Source: Verrucomicrobiota bacterium (GTDB lineage: Bacteria > Verrucomicrobiota > Verrucomicrobiia > Chthoniobacterales > UBA10450). From it: 53,843 nt of DNA. Of the stretch, positions 9,321-18,580 are shown piece by piece (position 1 is the stretch's first letter; each line of letters opens with the position of its first letter). Below the pieces are notes generated by a model. It searched no databases and had not been told where the DNA came from. It worked only from the letters and a program-made list of their open reading frames with translations. The translations under genes and the position numbers were made by a program. Location of the stretch: the NCBI GenBank assembly GCA_046725275.1, contig JBKOYE010000096.1, positions 1 through 53,843 on the forward strand, read 5' to 3'.

Positions 9321-10595
9321 ATGAAATGGCGCAACCAGTTGCTGGCGCTCGTCTGTCTTGTCGCTTTTGCCGGAGTGGGCGTGGTTTATTTTCAGCACTG
9401 GGTCATCCGCAAGCCGTTCGGGATTATCTTGTTTGTCGGCGAAGGGTTGTCGCCTGCCAGGCTGGCGCCTACTCGCACTTATGCTGCCGGAGCCGGCACG
9501 CGGCTGAACATGGATTCGATGCCGTATGCCGCGCTGGTGATGAATTACTCGAAGGATTTCGCCGCACCCGATCAGCCAGCTGCCGTCACCGCAATCGCCA
9601 CGGGCGAGAGAGTGACTAATCGCGCTATCGCAATGAACGGCGACGGTAAACCGATCAAGAGCATCGTTGAGCTCGCGCGCGAATACGGGCGAGCCACAGG
9701 ATTGGTGACGGACGCGAAGCTGACGGACCCGACAAGCGCGGCTTTCTACGCGCACACCGCCGAGCCAAGCGATACCGAGAAAATCGCAGCCGATTTTGTA
9801 GATCGAGGAAACATTGATATCGCAATGGGCGGCGGCGCGGCGCAATTTATTCCCGCCACAAAAGGCGGCGAGAGACGAGACGCGCGCGATCTGTTGCTTG
9901 AGCTTCGTGGTAATGGATTCGATATCGTCCGAACGCGCACGGACTTGGAAGCAGTTCCGGCGTGGCGCCGACCGAAGCTTTTCGGCGTCTTCAGTAATGA
10001 TGATCTCGCCTTCACGAACCAGGTCGAACAAAGAGGCCAGCAGCCCAGTCTTTCGGACATGGTCAGGCGAGCGATTCAACTACTACAGTACAACGCCGGC
10101 GGTTATTTGCTCGTTGTAGATGCAGGGTTGATGCGGAAAGCGGCTGAGGAAAACAATGGGGAACGAACACTCAGTCAGACACTCGAACTGGACCGCGCAG
10201 TTGGCATCGCCCGAAGTTATGGTGGACCGAAATCGACAATCATTGTGTGCGGTGACGCGGCGATTGGCGGAATGAATCTGAACGGATTTCCCTTTCGCAA
10301 AGACAGCGGCATAGCGCTGCTGGGTTTCAATTCAGCTGGACAACCCTGGATTACCTGGGCAACAGGTCCGCACGGAGGAAAATCATACGGCACTGCAAAA
10401 ATACCGATGAACCAAGACCCAGGCGAAGTTAAAGAACTGGCGCAAGAACAGCCCGAGCCAGCGGCGTTCTACACAAAATCTGCGCTGATCACTGTTGAAG
10501 ATGTTGTTGCGTTCGGCAGCGGCCCCGGCACGGACGCGCTCCAAGGCGTAGTGGAGAGCACGGCCGTCTTCAAAATCCTGCGCGACGAGCTGTAA
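9321..10595 (+). CDS. Alkaline-phosphatase-superfamily homologue with a degenerate active site, membrane-anchored or secreted
   Basis: The ORF is open from 9285. ATG 9321 gives MKWRNQLLALVCLVAFAGV (signal or anchor). PhoA-like blocks are recognisable but substituted: FVGEGLS (for GDGMG), PDQPAAVTAIATG (for TDSAASATA..TG), LTDPTSAAFYAH, VVDAGLMRKAAEENN (for VEGGxIDxxxHxN), IIVCGDAAIGG (for IVTADHxH). Confidence 0.65.
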   Translation: MKWRNQLLALVCLVAFAGVGVVYFQHWVIRKPFGIILFVGEGLSPARLAPTRTYAAGAGTRLNMDSMPYAALVMNYSKDFAAPDQPAAVTAIATGERVTNRAIAMNGDGKPIKSIVELAREYGRATGLVTDAKLTDPTSAAFYAHTAEPSDTEKIAADFVDRGNIDIAMGGGAAQFIPATKGGERRDARDLLLELRGNGFDIVRTRTDLEAVPAWRRPKLFGVFSNDDLAFTNQVEQRGQQPSLSDMVRRAIQLLQYNAGGYLLVVDAGLMRKAAEENNGERTLSQTLELDRAVGIARSYGGPKSTIIVCGDAAIGGMNLNGFPFRKDSGIALLGFNSAGQPWITWATGPHGGKSYGTAKIPMNQDPGEVKELAQEQPEPAAFYTKSALITVEDVVAFGSGPGTDALQGVVESTAVFKILRDEL

Positions 10596-10612
10596 CGGCT
10601 TCGACTTCGCCG

Positions 10613-10649
10613 CGTTAAATCGTTAAATCGTTGAATTGTTGAATCGTAA
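10613..10649. repeat. Tandem octamer microsatellite (CGTTAAAT x2, CGTTGAAT, TGTTGAAT, CGTAA)
   Basis: Read directly in the convergent intergenic spacer between 10595 and 10699. Confidence 0.8.
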
Positions 10650-10698
10650 GCCGACGTAACTTGTAATGATTAATGAATCAGCCGTGGGGGCTTGGGCG

Positions 10699-12765
10699 CT
10701 ATTTGGCCGCTTCCCGATACGGCAACCCGAGCTGATACAGCCTGATCTGTTGATCAAGATTGGTCGCTAGCGAGTCCTCCCCGTGGATCCGCGCCAGTTG
10801 CATTGCAGACCGGGCGGTTCTAATCGCTTTCGCGAATTCACCGTTCTCCGCATACGCGGCCGCGAGGGTGCGTAGCACAAGGGTGTTCGTGCCTCCGACC
10901 AATTGATCGGCTTCCCCAGCAAGCTCAACGGCCTTGCGTCCATTTCGTACTGATGCGTCCTGGGAGGTCGCCAATAGCCACGCGAAATTGGTGAGCGCAG
11001 GAATGGATCGCGGCGCAAGCTCGAGCGTTTTTTCGTAATGCTGAATGGCTTCTAGAGGCTCGCCCTTTTCTTCGAGCGCAATAGCCAGCGTCGTGTGACA
11101 ATCTGCATCCGCGGGCCGGATCATCAGGGCAGTCCGACAGACCTGGATGGCACTGTCGAGTTCGCCTTTCTCTAACAACGCATGGCCGAGTCTGTAACGA
11201 GCCAGAAAGTGATCGGGGCGCACCATCACTGCCTTTTGGTAATGCGCAATTGCGTCGTCAATCCGGCCCTTTTGAAAAAGAGCGTCGCCCAAAGAGACCT
11301 GCGCATCCGGATCGGTTGGCCGCATGGCCACGGCCCTTTCACAATGGAGGATCGCCTCGTCCATCTGGGCTTTCCCTAAAAGGGCCGTACCGAGATTGTA
11401 CTCGGCATCCCACGAATCAGGCTGCATTTGCAAGGCGGACCGATAATGCGCGATGGCATCATCGATCCTGCCTTTCTGAAGAAGGGCAAGACCAAGATTA
11501 GTATGCGCCATCCAGCATTCGGGATTTCTTGCCAGCGTGGTTCGCCAAAGCGTTTCAATGTCGTTGTACGTCCCGGCTTGCCGCCATGTTAACATCGCCA
11601 AGCTTGCTACCACTAACAATGCCACGCTCACAATGACGGCGCGATATTGCTGAAACGTGTCGGCCAAACTGACTATCCCCGCAGTCGCAAGTGCGATCGG
11701 CCCGATGCACGCCAAGTACTGATAATGGTCCGCCACAAAGGTGTAGCGAAATGTGAACAGCATGATTAACCCAACCACTGGGCTAAGCGTGGCGGCGAAA
11801 AACGCGGACGCGACTTCGACACTGCGCCCGACGTATCGCCTGAGGAAGTAGATGGCCACACATACTCCTACTCCCGCCACCAACCAGATGTAATCCAGCA
11901 AACGCCCCGGCGAGATGTTCCATCTTGGATAGATAAACGTCAGATTGGATGGCCAGATGAGTTTACTCAGATAGAACCACACAGCCCGGCTCGCGACGAG
12001 GACCCGCTCAATCGGACTGAGAAACGGGAACACCGCGCGGTTCGTTCCCTGATGGTAGTGTTCCCACCAAACGGCGAGTAAACCCATCGCAACGCCCAGG
12101 ACAACAAAAGGAATGATTTGAACCAGACGCCGCACCGTGATCGGCTTTTTCTGCAACCAAAGGATCAGAAACAAGGCAGCCGGGAGTGTGCAGGCGGTGG
12201 CTTTGGCCGACAGCGCCAGCACATACAAAACCAGCGCCAGACAATAGAAAAGCCACGCGCGCTTGGTTCGTTCGTCAAGGAACGCAATCCAGGCAAGCAC
12301 CGTCAGCAGAAAGAAAAAAGCCATCAGCACGTTTTTGCGTTCGGTGATCCAAGCCACTGACTCCACCTGCACCGGATGCAGCGCAAAAATCGCTGCGGCC
12401 AGCCACGCCCCGGGCACTCTCAAGCGCGCTAGTACCGCCCAGACCAACAGGGCATTGGCAACGTGAAGCAGAAGGTTGACCCAATGGTAGCCTGTCGTAT
12501 TCAGGCCCCAAAGCGCGTGCTCGATGCGAAATATGCTGTAAGTGAGCGGGAAATACTGCGAAGGCGAGTCAAGCGAGAACCAAATCCGCTGCCAGCCGTC
12601 GGGTGCAGTTAGCAGCTCATTGTTGATGATGTAAGCGTCGTCGTCCCAGAGAAAATCCCCGTGCCACGCAGGGCGATATGCCAAGATCGTCACCGCCGCC
12701 AGAACCACAGCGAAAATCAAGGCGCGACCGCGCGGCAAAAAAAACCACGTAGCCATTTCGCGCAT
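10699..12765 (-). CDS. GT-C fold glycosyltransferase (TMTC/DUF1736-like) fused to TPR repeats, paralogue B1
   Basis: Motifs: GDFLWDDDAYIINN, YHWVNLLLHVANALL, ALHPVQVESVAWITERKNVL, about 11 TM helices, then TPR units and the tail NFAWLLATSQDASVRNG...LAAAYAENGEF...LYQLGLPYRE. Confidence 0.8.
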   Translation of the reverse strand: MREMATWFFLPRGRALIFAVVLAAVTILAYRPAWHGDFLWDDDAYIINNELLTAPDGWQRIWFSLDSPSQYFPLTYSIFRIEHALWGLNTTGYHWVNLLLHVANALLVWAVLARLRVPGAWLAAAIFALHPVQVESVAWITERKNVLMAFFFLLTVLAWIAFLDERTKRAWLFYCLALVLYVLALSAKATACTLPAALFLILWLQKKPITVRRLVQIIPFVVLGVAMGLLAVWWEHYHQGTNRAVFPFLSPIERVLVASRAVWFYLSKLIWPSNLTFIYPRWNISPGRLLDYIWLVAGVGVCVAIYFLRRYVGRSVEVASAFFAATLSPVVGLIMLFTFRYTFVADHYQYLACIGPIALATAGIVSLADTFQQYRAVIVSVALLVVASLAMLTWRQAGTYNDIETLWRTTLARNPECWMAHTNLGLALLQKGRIDDAIAHYRSALQMQPDSWDAEYNLGTALLGKAQMDEAILHCERAVAMRPTDPDAQVSLGDALFQKGRIDDAIAHYQKAVMVRPDHFLARYRLGHALLEKGELDSAIQVCRTALMIRPADADCHTTLAIALEEKGEPLEAIQHYEKTLELAPRSIPALTNFAWLLATSQDASVRNGRKAVELAGEADQLVGGTNTLVLRTLAAAYAENGEFAKAIRTARSAMQLARIHGEDSLATNLDQQIRLYQLGLPYREAAK

Positions 12766-12871
12766 CCGTTACCTCTCGCTTGGCTGTAGTACTGCCGCTT
12801 TAAAAAGCGGCGACATATCGCCGCGCGCCAAAAGTTGCAACGTTTCGTTTCTCATCGAAATAGGAGCTTTC

Positions 12872-14485
12872 GTGGTGGGCAAGACCGACATCAACGACAG
12901 GCTCGTGCAGTTTGCATGGTGGGCCTTGGCGACAATTGCGTTTGCTCTCGTCATTGCAATCAGGATCCGTCTCTTGGGAATTCCACTCGAGCGCGACGAG
13001 GGCGAGTACGCTTATGCCGGCCAACTCATATTGCAAGGGATCCCGCCTTACAAGCTCGCCTACAACATGAAGTTTCCGGGAACCTATGCAGCGTACGCGT
13101 TGATCATGTCGATCTTTGGGCAAACGATCCAGGCGATTCATGTCGGTTTGCTCCTGGTCAATGCTGCGACAATGGTCGTGATCTTTTTCATTGGCCAGCG
13201 ACTCTTCGGCTTGCCGGAAGGTGTCGCCGCCGCGACAACGTACGGAGTTATTTCGCTGAGCCCGTCGGTGTTGGGTTTGGCGGCACACGCTTCGCAATTT
13301 GCGATGCTACCGGTGCTGGGTGGAACGTTGCTGCTTCTCAATCCGTCAGGTCAGCGCGGCTTCGGCCGAGTCTTTGCTAGCGGTGTACTTTTTGGCATTG
13401 GCGTTTTAATGAAACAACCCGCAGCGCCTTTCATTCTCTTCGGAGCCGCATCGATCCTCTGGAATGATATTCGTCGCCGCGCCGCATTTAAGACGATCGC
13501 TTTGCGCATTTCGATCTTCAGCGCTGGCGCAATTATTCCGTTCGCACTTACTTGTCTCATTCTGTGGCAAGCGGGCGTGTTCGAGAAGTTCTGGTTTTGG
13601 ACAGTCAAGTACGCGGCCCAATATGGCACCCTCGTTCCTCTTAATGCAGCTCCTCCCATTTTTGCGGTGATGGCTGCCGGCGTGATTCGCTCGGGATGGG
13701 CGCTGTGGGTATTAGGTGGTATCGGCGTGGCAGGTGGACTTTGGAATAGGCGATCCCGCAGCGGCGCAGTTTTTCTTTCCGGTCTGCTCGCACTCTCCTT
13801 GCTAGCGCTTTCTGCGGGATTCTATTTTCGAGAACACTACTTCATCTTTATCCTTCCTGCGGTTTCACTGTTTTGTGGCGTTGCAATCGGCATGTTGTCG
13901 GATTTCGTCGCCAGCCGCAGCAGGTTACTTCGATTTACGCCGGTCCTGCTGTTTTGCGTCGCGTTGAGCCAGCCGATTCTTGCCGCAAGACAATTCTACT
14001 TTGAAGTTTCTGCCCCTGAAGCATGTCGAATCGCATACGGATCGAACCCGTTTCCGGAGTCCGTTAAGATTGCAGAGTACTTACGGGACCACTCCAGCCC
14101 GAGCGATACGATTGCGATTCTCGGCTCCGAGCCGCAGATTTATTTTTATTCAAGGCGACACTCCACCACAGGGTACATCTATACCTACCCGCTCATGGAG
14201 GCGCAGAGCTACGCGCGACGGATGCAGGAAGAAATGATAAGCGAGATCGAGGTTGCACGCCCGCGGTATCTCATTTCTGTAGCGATAGATGTTTCGTGGT
14301 TTCGACGCTCTAGTTCCGAGCAATTGATTTTTACTTGGGCAAACGAATATCTCAGTCAGTACTACAAACTCGTCGGTTTCGTAAATACCCTTTCTGCGAG
14401 TCGAACTGATTACTATTTCGAACAACTACCAACATCTGAGCCGGAGCTGGGCAGCTATATTTTGATTTACGAAAGAAGATCCTAG
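12872..14485 (+). CDS. Glycosyltransferase family 39 / ArnT-like membrane protein (no TPR)
   Basis: GTG start with AGGAG 6 nt upstream (12862..12866). Has LLGIPLERDEGEYAYAGQLILQGIPPYKLAYNMKFPGTY, typical of the first periplasmic loop of ArnT/PMT-type GT-C enzymes, many TM helices and a soluble C-terminal domain. Confidence 0.7.
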   Translation: MVGKTDINDRLVQFAWWALATIAFALVIAIRIRLLGIPLERDEGEYAYAGQLILQGIPPYKLAYNMKFPGTYAAYALIMSIFGQTIQAIHVGLLLVNAATMVVIFFIGQRLFGLPEGVAAATTYGVISLSPSVLGLAAHASQFAMLPVLGGTLLLLNPSGQRGFGRVFASGVLFGIGVLMKQPAAPFILFGAASILWNDIRRRAAFKTIALRISIFSAGAIIPFALTCLILWQAGVFEKFWFWTVKYAAQYGTLVPLNAAPPIFAVMAAGVIRSGWALWVLGGIGVAGGLWNRRSRSGAVFLSGLLALSLLALSAGFYFREHYFIFILPAVSLFCGVAIGMLSDFVASRSRLLRFTPVLLFCVALSQPILAARQFYFEVSAPEACRIAYGSNPFPESVKIAEYLRDHSSPSDTIAILGSEPQIYFYSRRHSTTGYIYTYPLMEAQSYARRMQEEMISEIEVARPRYLISVAIDVSWFRRSSSEQLIFTWANEYLSQYYKLVGFVNTLSASRTDYYFEQLPTSEPELGSYILIYERRS

Positions 14486-14579
14486 AAATGAGAGATAACG
14501 AAGCACATGAGAAAGCAAGCGATGGTGCGCCATCACCATTGGTTATGATTTTTCCATTCGGATTTTCACAATCGCAATC

Positions 14580-16478
14580 GTGCGCCAAATAGCTGCTGGA
14601 AGTAAGTTGACGTCGCGCTGGACACTCCTCAACGTTTGCGGCTGCCTTGCAGTAGTTACATGGGTGGTGTTCGCACAAACACTCCGGTACGATTTCGTTA
14701 ACTACGACGATCCGCGTTACGTCTATCAGAACACGCGGATCGCCAGCGGCATCAGCTTCGACAATGTTGGATGGGCATTCAGCCACATTCATTCGGAAAA
14801 CTGGCACCCGCTCACAACAATCACACACATGCTCGATTGCCAGCTGTACGGGTTAAAGGCAGGCTGGCATCACCTTACGAATGTTCTGCTTCACGGTCTC
14901 GCCACGGTTCTTCTTTTTCTTGCGCTGCAGTGCATAACGGGCGCGTTATGGCGGAGCGCGTTTGTCGCTGCTGTTTTTGCCGTCCATCCATTGCATGTGG
15001 AGTCGGTCGCGTGGATCGCGGAACGCAAAGACGTGCTGAGCGCTGTTTTTTTCATGCTAACTCTGCTCGCATACTTTCATTACGCGCGGGCACCATCGAT
15101 TGGCCGATATTTGGTCGTGGCGGTGGTCGCCGCACTTGGGCTGATGTCCAAACCGATGCTGGTTACATTGCCGTTCGTCCTTTTACTTCTGGATTACTGG
15201 CCGCTGGGGAGAATTGACGGCCAGAGATCAAATACTGGACGTCAGGTGTTACAACTCGTTCTGGAAAAGATTCCGCTGATCGCGCTTTCTGCCGTTTCAA
15301 GCATCGTCACATTTCTGGCTCAACGAGGGGCAATCGGGTGGACTGAGCAGTTGCCAATATCGGCTCGAGTCAATAACGCGATAGTAAGCTATGTCACTTA
15401 CATCTGGCAGATGTTTTGGCCGGCAGGGCTCGCTGTCTTCTACCCGCACCCGGAAAACAGACTGCCAGTATGGGATATCATTGTAGCCTTTTCAATTCTG
15501 ATAGGAATTACGACAGCGGCTATTATTCTGCGAAGGACTGCCCCTTACTTCATCACTGGTTGGCTGTGGTACCTCGGAATGCTTGTCCCGGTGATTGGTT
15601 TGGTGCAAGTAGGATGGCAGGGGCACGCAGATCGCTACACCTATTTGCCGCAGATCGGGCTTTATATTGCGGTCACCTGGGCGGTAACCGATTTGACTCG
15701 CTCGTGGCAGTTTCAACGTACTGCTCTGCCTGCTGTTGCCGTGGTCGTGCTCAGTGCTCTAACTTGGCGCGCCTCGCTGCAAGCCTCTTACTGGCGCGAT
15801 AGCGAAACGCTGTTTACCCATGCCCTTGCCGTTACCAGCAACAACGATGTTGCCCTGAATAACCTCGGCATCATTTTCCTGGACAAAGGACAACTGGACG
15901 ATGCCATTTCCAAGTTACAAGCAGCTATAGATCTGCGTCCTGAAAACGGACCGGCTCATGACAATCTCGCAAAGGCTCTGCTTAAAAAAGGACGAGCTGC
16001 CGAAGCGATGGTTCATTATCGCAAATTTTTGGAGATAGAACCTGGGAACGTCGAGGCGCGTAACACCTTGGGAACAGCGCTGATTCAACAAGGTCGGGTA
16101 AGAGAAGCCATTGACCAATGGCAGGATGCGCTCGCAATCCAGCCGGACAACGGAAACGCCGCGAGCAATCTTGCCTGGGTGTTCGCAACGTGTCCCGAAG
16201 ACTCAATCCGGGATGGAGGACGCGCGATCGAACTGGCCGAGAAAGCGTTTCGAATTTCCGGCGGAAAGATCCCAATGATTCATCGGGTGCTTGCCGCAGC
16301 GTACGCAGAGAGTGGGCGTTTCGGCGATGCTATCGAGACTGGGCAACGTGGCGCTGAATTAGCCATTAGCCAGGGCAATCCTGCTTTAGCCGCCGAGCTC
16401 GAGAGCAACGTTGCTCTTTACGAAGCCGGAAGACCGCTTCGTGATCCCAGTATAACAAATGGCAGCTCGTCACCTTAG
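14580..16478 (+). CDS. GT-C fold glycosyltransferase (TMTC/DUF1736-like) fused to TPR repeats, paralogue A2
   Basis: GTG start. Motifs: YDFVNYDDPRYVYQN, AVHPLHVESVAWIAERKDVL, TPR units, and the tail NLAWVFATCPEDSIRDG...LAAAYAESGRF...LYEAGRPLRD. Confidence 0.8.
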   Translation: MRQIAAGSKLTSRWTLLNVCGCLAVVTWVVFAQTLRYDFVNYDDPRYVYQNTRIASGISFDNVGWAFSHIHSENWHPLTTITHMLDCQLYGLKAGWHHLTNVLLHGLATVLLFLALQCITGALWRSAFVAAVFAVHPLHVESVAWIAERKDVLSAVFFMLTLLAYFHYARAPSIGRYLVVAVVAALGLMSKPMLVTLPFVLLLLDYWPLGRIDGQRSNTGRQVLQLVLEKIPLIALSAVSSIVTFLAQRGAIGWTEQLPISARVNNAIVSYVTYIWQMFWPAGLAVFYPHPENRLPVWDIIVAFSILIGITTAAIILRRTAPYFITGWLWYLGMLVPVIGLVQVGWQGHADRYTYLPQIGLYIAVTWAVTDLTRSWQFQRTALPAVAVVVLSALTWRASLQASYWRDSETLFTHALAVTSNNDVALNNLGIIFLDKGQLDDAISKLQAAIDLRPENGPAHDNLAKALLKKGRAAEAMVHYRKFLEIEPGNVEARNTLGTALIQQGRVREAIDQWQDALAIQPDNGNAASNLAWVFATCPEDSIRDGGRAIELAEKAFRISGGKIPMIHRVLAAAYAESGRFGDAIETGQRGAELAISQGNPALAAELESNVALYEAGRPLRDPSITNGSSSP

Positions 16479-18546
16479 CACGCAAGGCATCAAGGAGCGG
16501 CGGGCTGCGAACCGCCGAAGACGTTCGTCCGCTCCGCATGCCCCCGGCTCGCGTGTTCTCGGCAAACAAGCGAAATCACCGACGACCGTACTCCTCGTGT
16601 GCCTCGGTCTAATGGTCGTCACCTGGCTTGTATTTGGTCAAACATTAACTCACGATTTCGTCAATTTTGATGATCACGTTTACGTCTATGAAAATCCGCT
16701 CGTCACAAACGGACTTTCTGCTGAAGGCCTGATTGGCGCGTTCACTCATACTCATGCGCGGAACTGGCACCCGATAACGACGCTCTCGCACATGCTCGAT
16801 TGCCAGCTGTGGGGACTAAACCCGGCCGGTCATCACTTCACCAATGTCATTCTTCACACGATTGCCGTCCTATTGCTCTTTCTGGTGCTCAGGCAAATGA
16901 CCGGTGCGCTTTGGCAAAGCGCCTTTGTGGCAGCGTTCTTCGCAATTCATCCATTGCACGTCGAATCTGTCGCGTGGATAGCTGAGCGAAAGGACGTACT
17001 AAGCGCAGTGTTCTTCATGCTAACGCTGACTGCGTATGCACATTATGCGCAGGCGCCTACCCTCGTTCGGTACATCCTGGTGGCGTTGCTTTTTGCTTTT
17101 GGGCTGATGTCAAAGCCGATGCTCGTCACGCTGCCGTTTGTGCTATTGCTGTTGGATTATTGGCCGCTTGCGAGAGTCAGTGGTCCGAAGTCAAAGGTCC
17201 AAACTCAGCTGCGAAGCTTGATTGCGGAAAAAATCCCCTTATTCGCGCTCTCCGCGCTTTCGTGCATCGCTACGTTGCTCGTTCAGAGGGGAGATCCAAA
17301 CGCGATCGATCAGTTGCCATTCTTATGGCGAATGAACAACGCTTTCGCGAGCTGCGTTACTTACATTGGGCAGATGTTTTGGCCCACTCGGCTTGCAGTC
17401 TTTTATCCGCATCCGAACAACCGTCTGCCACTGTGGGAAGTCATGCTGATAATCGCGCTGCTAGTTGCGGTGAGCTTGCTCGTAATTTCTCTGCGAAAGA
17501 CAAAGCCTTACCTCGTGACAGGGTGGTTTTGGTATCTCGGCATCCTCCTTCCCGTCATCGGATTTATCCAAGTCGGCGAACAAGCGCATGCCGATCGTTA
17601 TAGCTATCTGCCACAGATCGGTCTTTATATCATGATAGCTTGGATTATTCCCAACTTGCTGCCGGACTCGGCAAAACGGGCCAGCCGTGCGCTTGCGGCC
17701 GTTGCCGGAACACTAGCAGTCGTGGTCTTGGGCGCGTGTGCGTTCGTTCAGACGTCGTATTGGAGAAACAGCGAGACGCTTTGGAACCACACGCTGGCCG
17801 TTACCGGCGAAAACGACGTTGCACATAATAATCTTGGGTTTCTCTTGCTTCGTAGAGGAGAATTGGATGAAGCTGTTTCACAGTTCCAGTCCGCAGTCCA
17901 TATACGATCAAAAAAGACCGAGACGCACTACGGGCTTGGCGCGGCCCTTATCCAGAATAACCTCGGTAACGCGTTTGCCAGAAAACATCGTTTGGATCAG
18001 GCAATCGGCCACTTTCAGGAGGCTTTGAGGCTGCGTCCTGATTACGCGGACGCGTATTTCAATCTCGGTAGCGTGCTGTTTCAAAAGGGCCGGATTGATG
18101 AAGCGATTGTCCAATGGCAGAAGGCACTGGCGATACAACCACGCGACGCAGAAGCTCATAGGAATCTCGCCAACGCCTTTCGCAAACAAGAAAGATTAAG
18201 AGAAGCGATTGCCGAGTATGACCAAGCGCTCAACATAACGCCAGACGATAGTCTGGCGCTGAACAATCTCGCCTGGATGCTGGCGACTTCTTCGGACAAT
18301 TCAATTCGCGACGGGACCAGGGCACTCAGGCTGGCACAGCAAGCTGTACAGATTTCGGATGCTAAAGACCCGAACTTTCTCCGCACTCTCGCCGCCGCGC
18401 GCGCAGAAGCTGGACAATTCTCGGAGGCTCTGGCCACAGCCGAAGAAGCAATGGCAATGGCTGCCGCGCAGAACAAGCCGGAGCTAGCAGCAAATTTGGA
18501 AAAAGACATTGCTCTCTATCGCGCGCGTGTTGCGCTTCGAGAATGA
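16459..18546 (+). CDS. GT-C fold glycosyltransferase (TMTC/DUF1736-like) fused to TPR repeats, paralogue A3
   Basis: Overlaps A2 by 20 nt. Has an Arg-rich N-terminal tail, HDFVNFDDHVYVYEN, AIHPLHVESVAWIAERKDVL, TPR units, and the tail NLAWMLATSSDNSIRDG...LAAARAEAGQF...LYRARVALRE. Confidence 0.8.
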   Translation: MAARHLSTQGIKERRAANRRRRSSAPHAPGSRVLGKQAKSPTTVLLVCLGLMVVTWLVFGQTLTHDFVNFDDHVYVYENPLVTNGLSAEGLIGAFTHTHARNWHPITTLSHMLDCQLWGLNPAGHHFTNVILHTIAVLLLFLVLRQMTGALWQSAFVAAFFAIHPLHVESVAWIAERKDVLSAVFFMLTLTAYAHYAQAPTLVRYILVALLFAFGLMSKPMLVTLPFVLLLLDYWPLARVSGPKSKVQTQLRSLIAEKIPLFALSALSCIATLLVQRGDPNAIDQLPFLWRMNNAFASCVTYIGQMFWPTRLAVFYPHPNNRLPLWEVMLIIALLVAVSLLVISLRKTKPYLVTGWFWYLGILLPVIGFIQVGEQAHADRYSYLPQIGLYIMIAWIIPNLLPDSAKRASRALAAVAGTLAVVVLGACAFVQTSYWRNSETLWNHTLAVTGENDVAHNNLGFLLLRRGELDEAVSQFQSAVHIRSKKTETHYGLGAALIQNNLGNAFARKHRLDQAIGHFQEALRLRPDYADAYFNLGSVLFQKGRIDEAIVQWQKALAIQPRDAEAHRNLANAFRKQERLREAIAEYDQALNITPDDSLALNNLAWMLATSSDNSIRDGTRALRLAQQAVQISDAKDPNFLRTLAAARAEAGQFSEALATAEEAMAMAAAQNKPELAANLEKDIALYRARVALRE

Positions 18547-18580
18547 CGGAAACACTGTTCTCGAGCCCGATCTCTCTCGC

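Noticed and set aside
16459-16478. The 20-nt overlap between tandem paralogues A2 and A3 as a programmed frameshift or fusion site.
   Set aside because: A3 has its own ATG, a basic cytoplasmic tail and a first TM helix, and A2 ends with the complete conserved C-terminal module. They are two complete genes that merely overlap.
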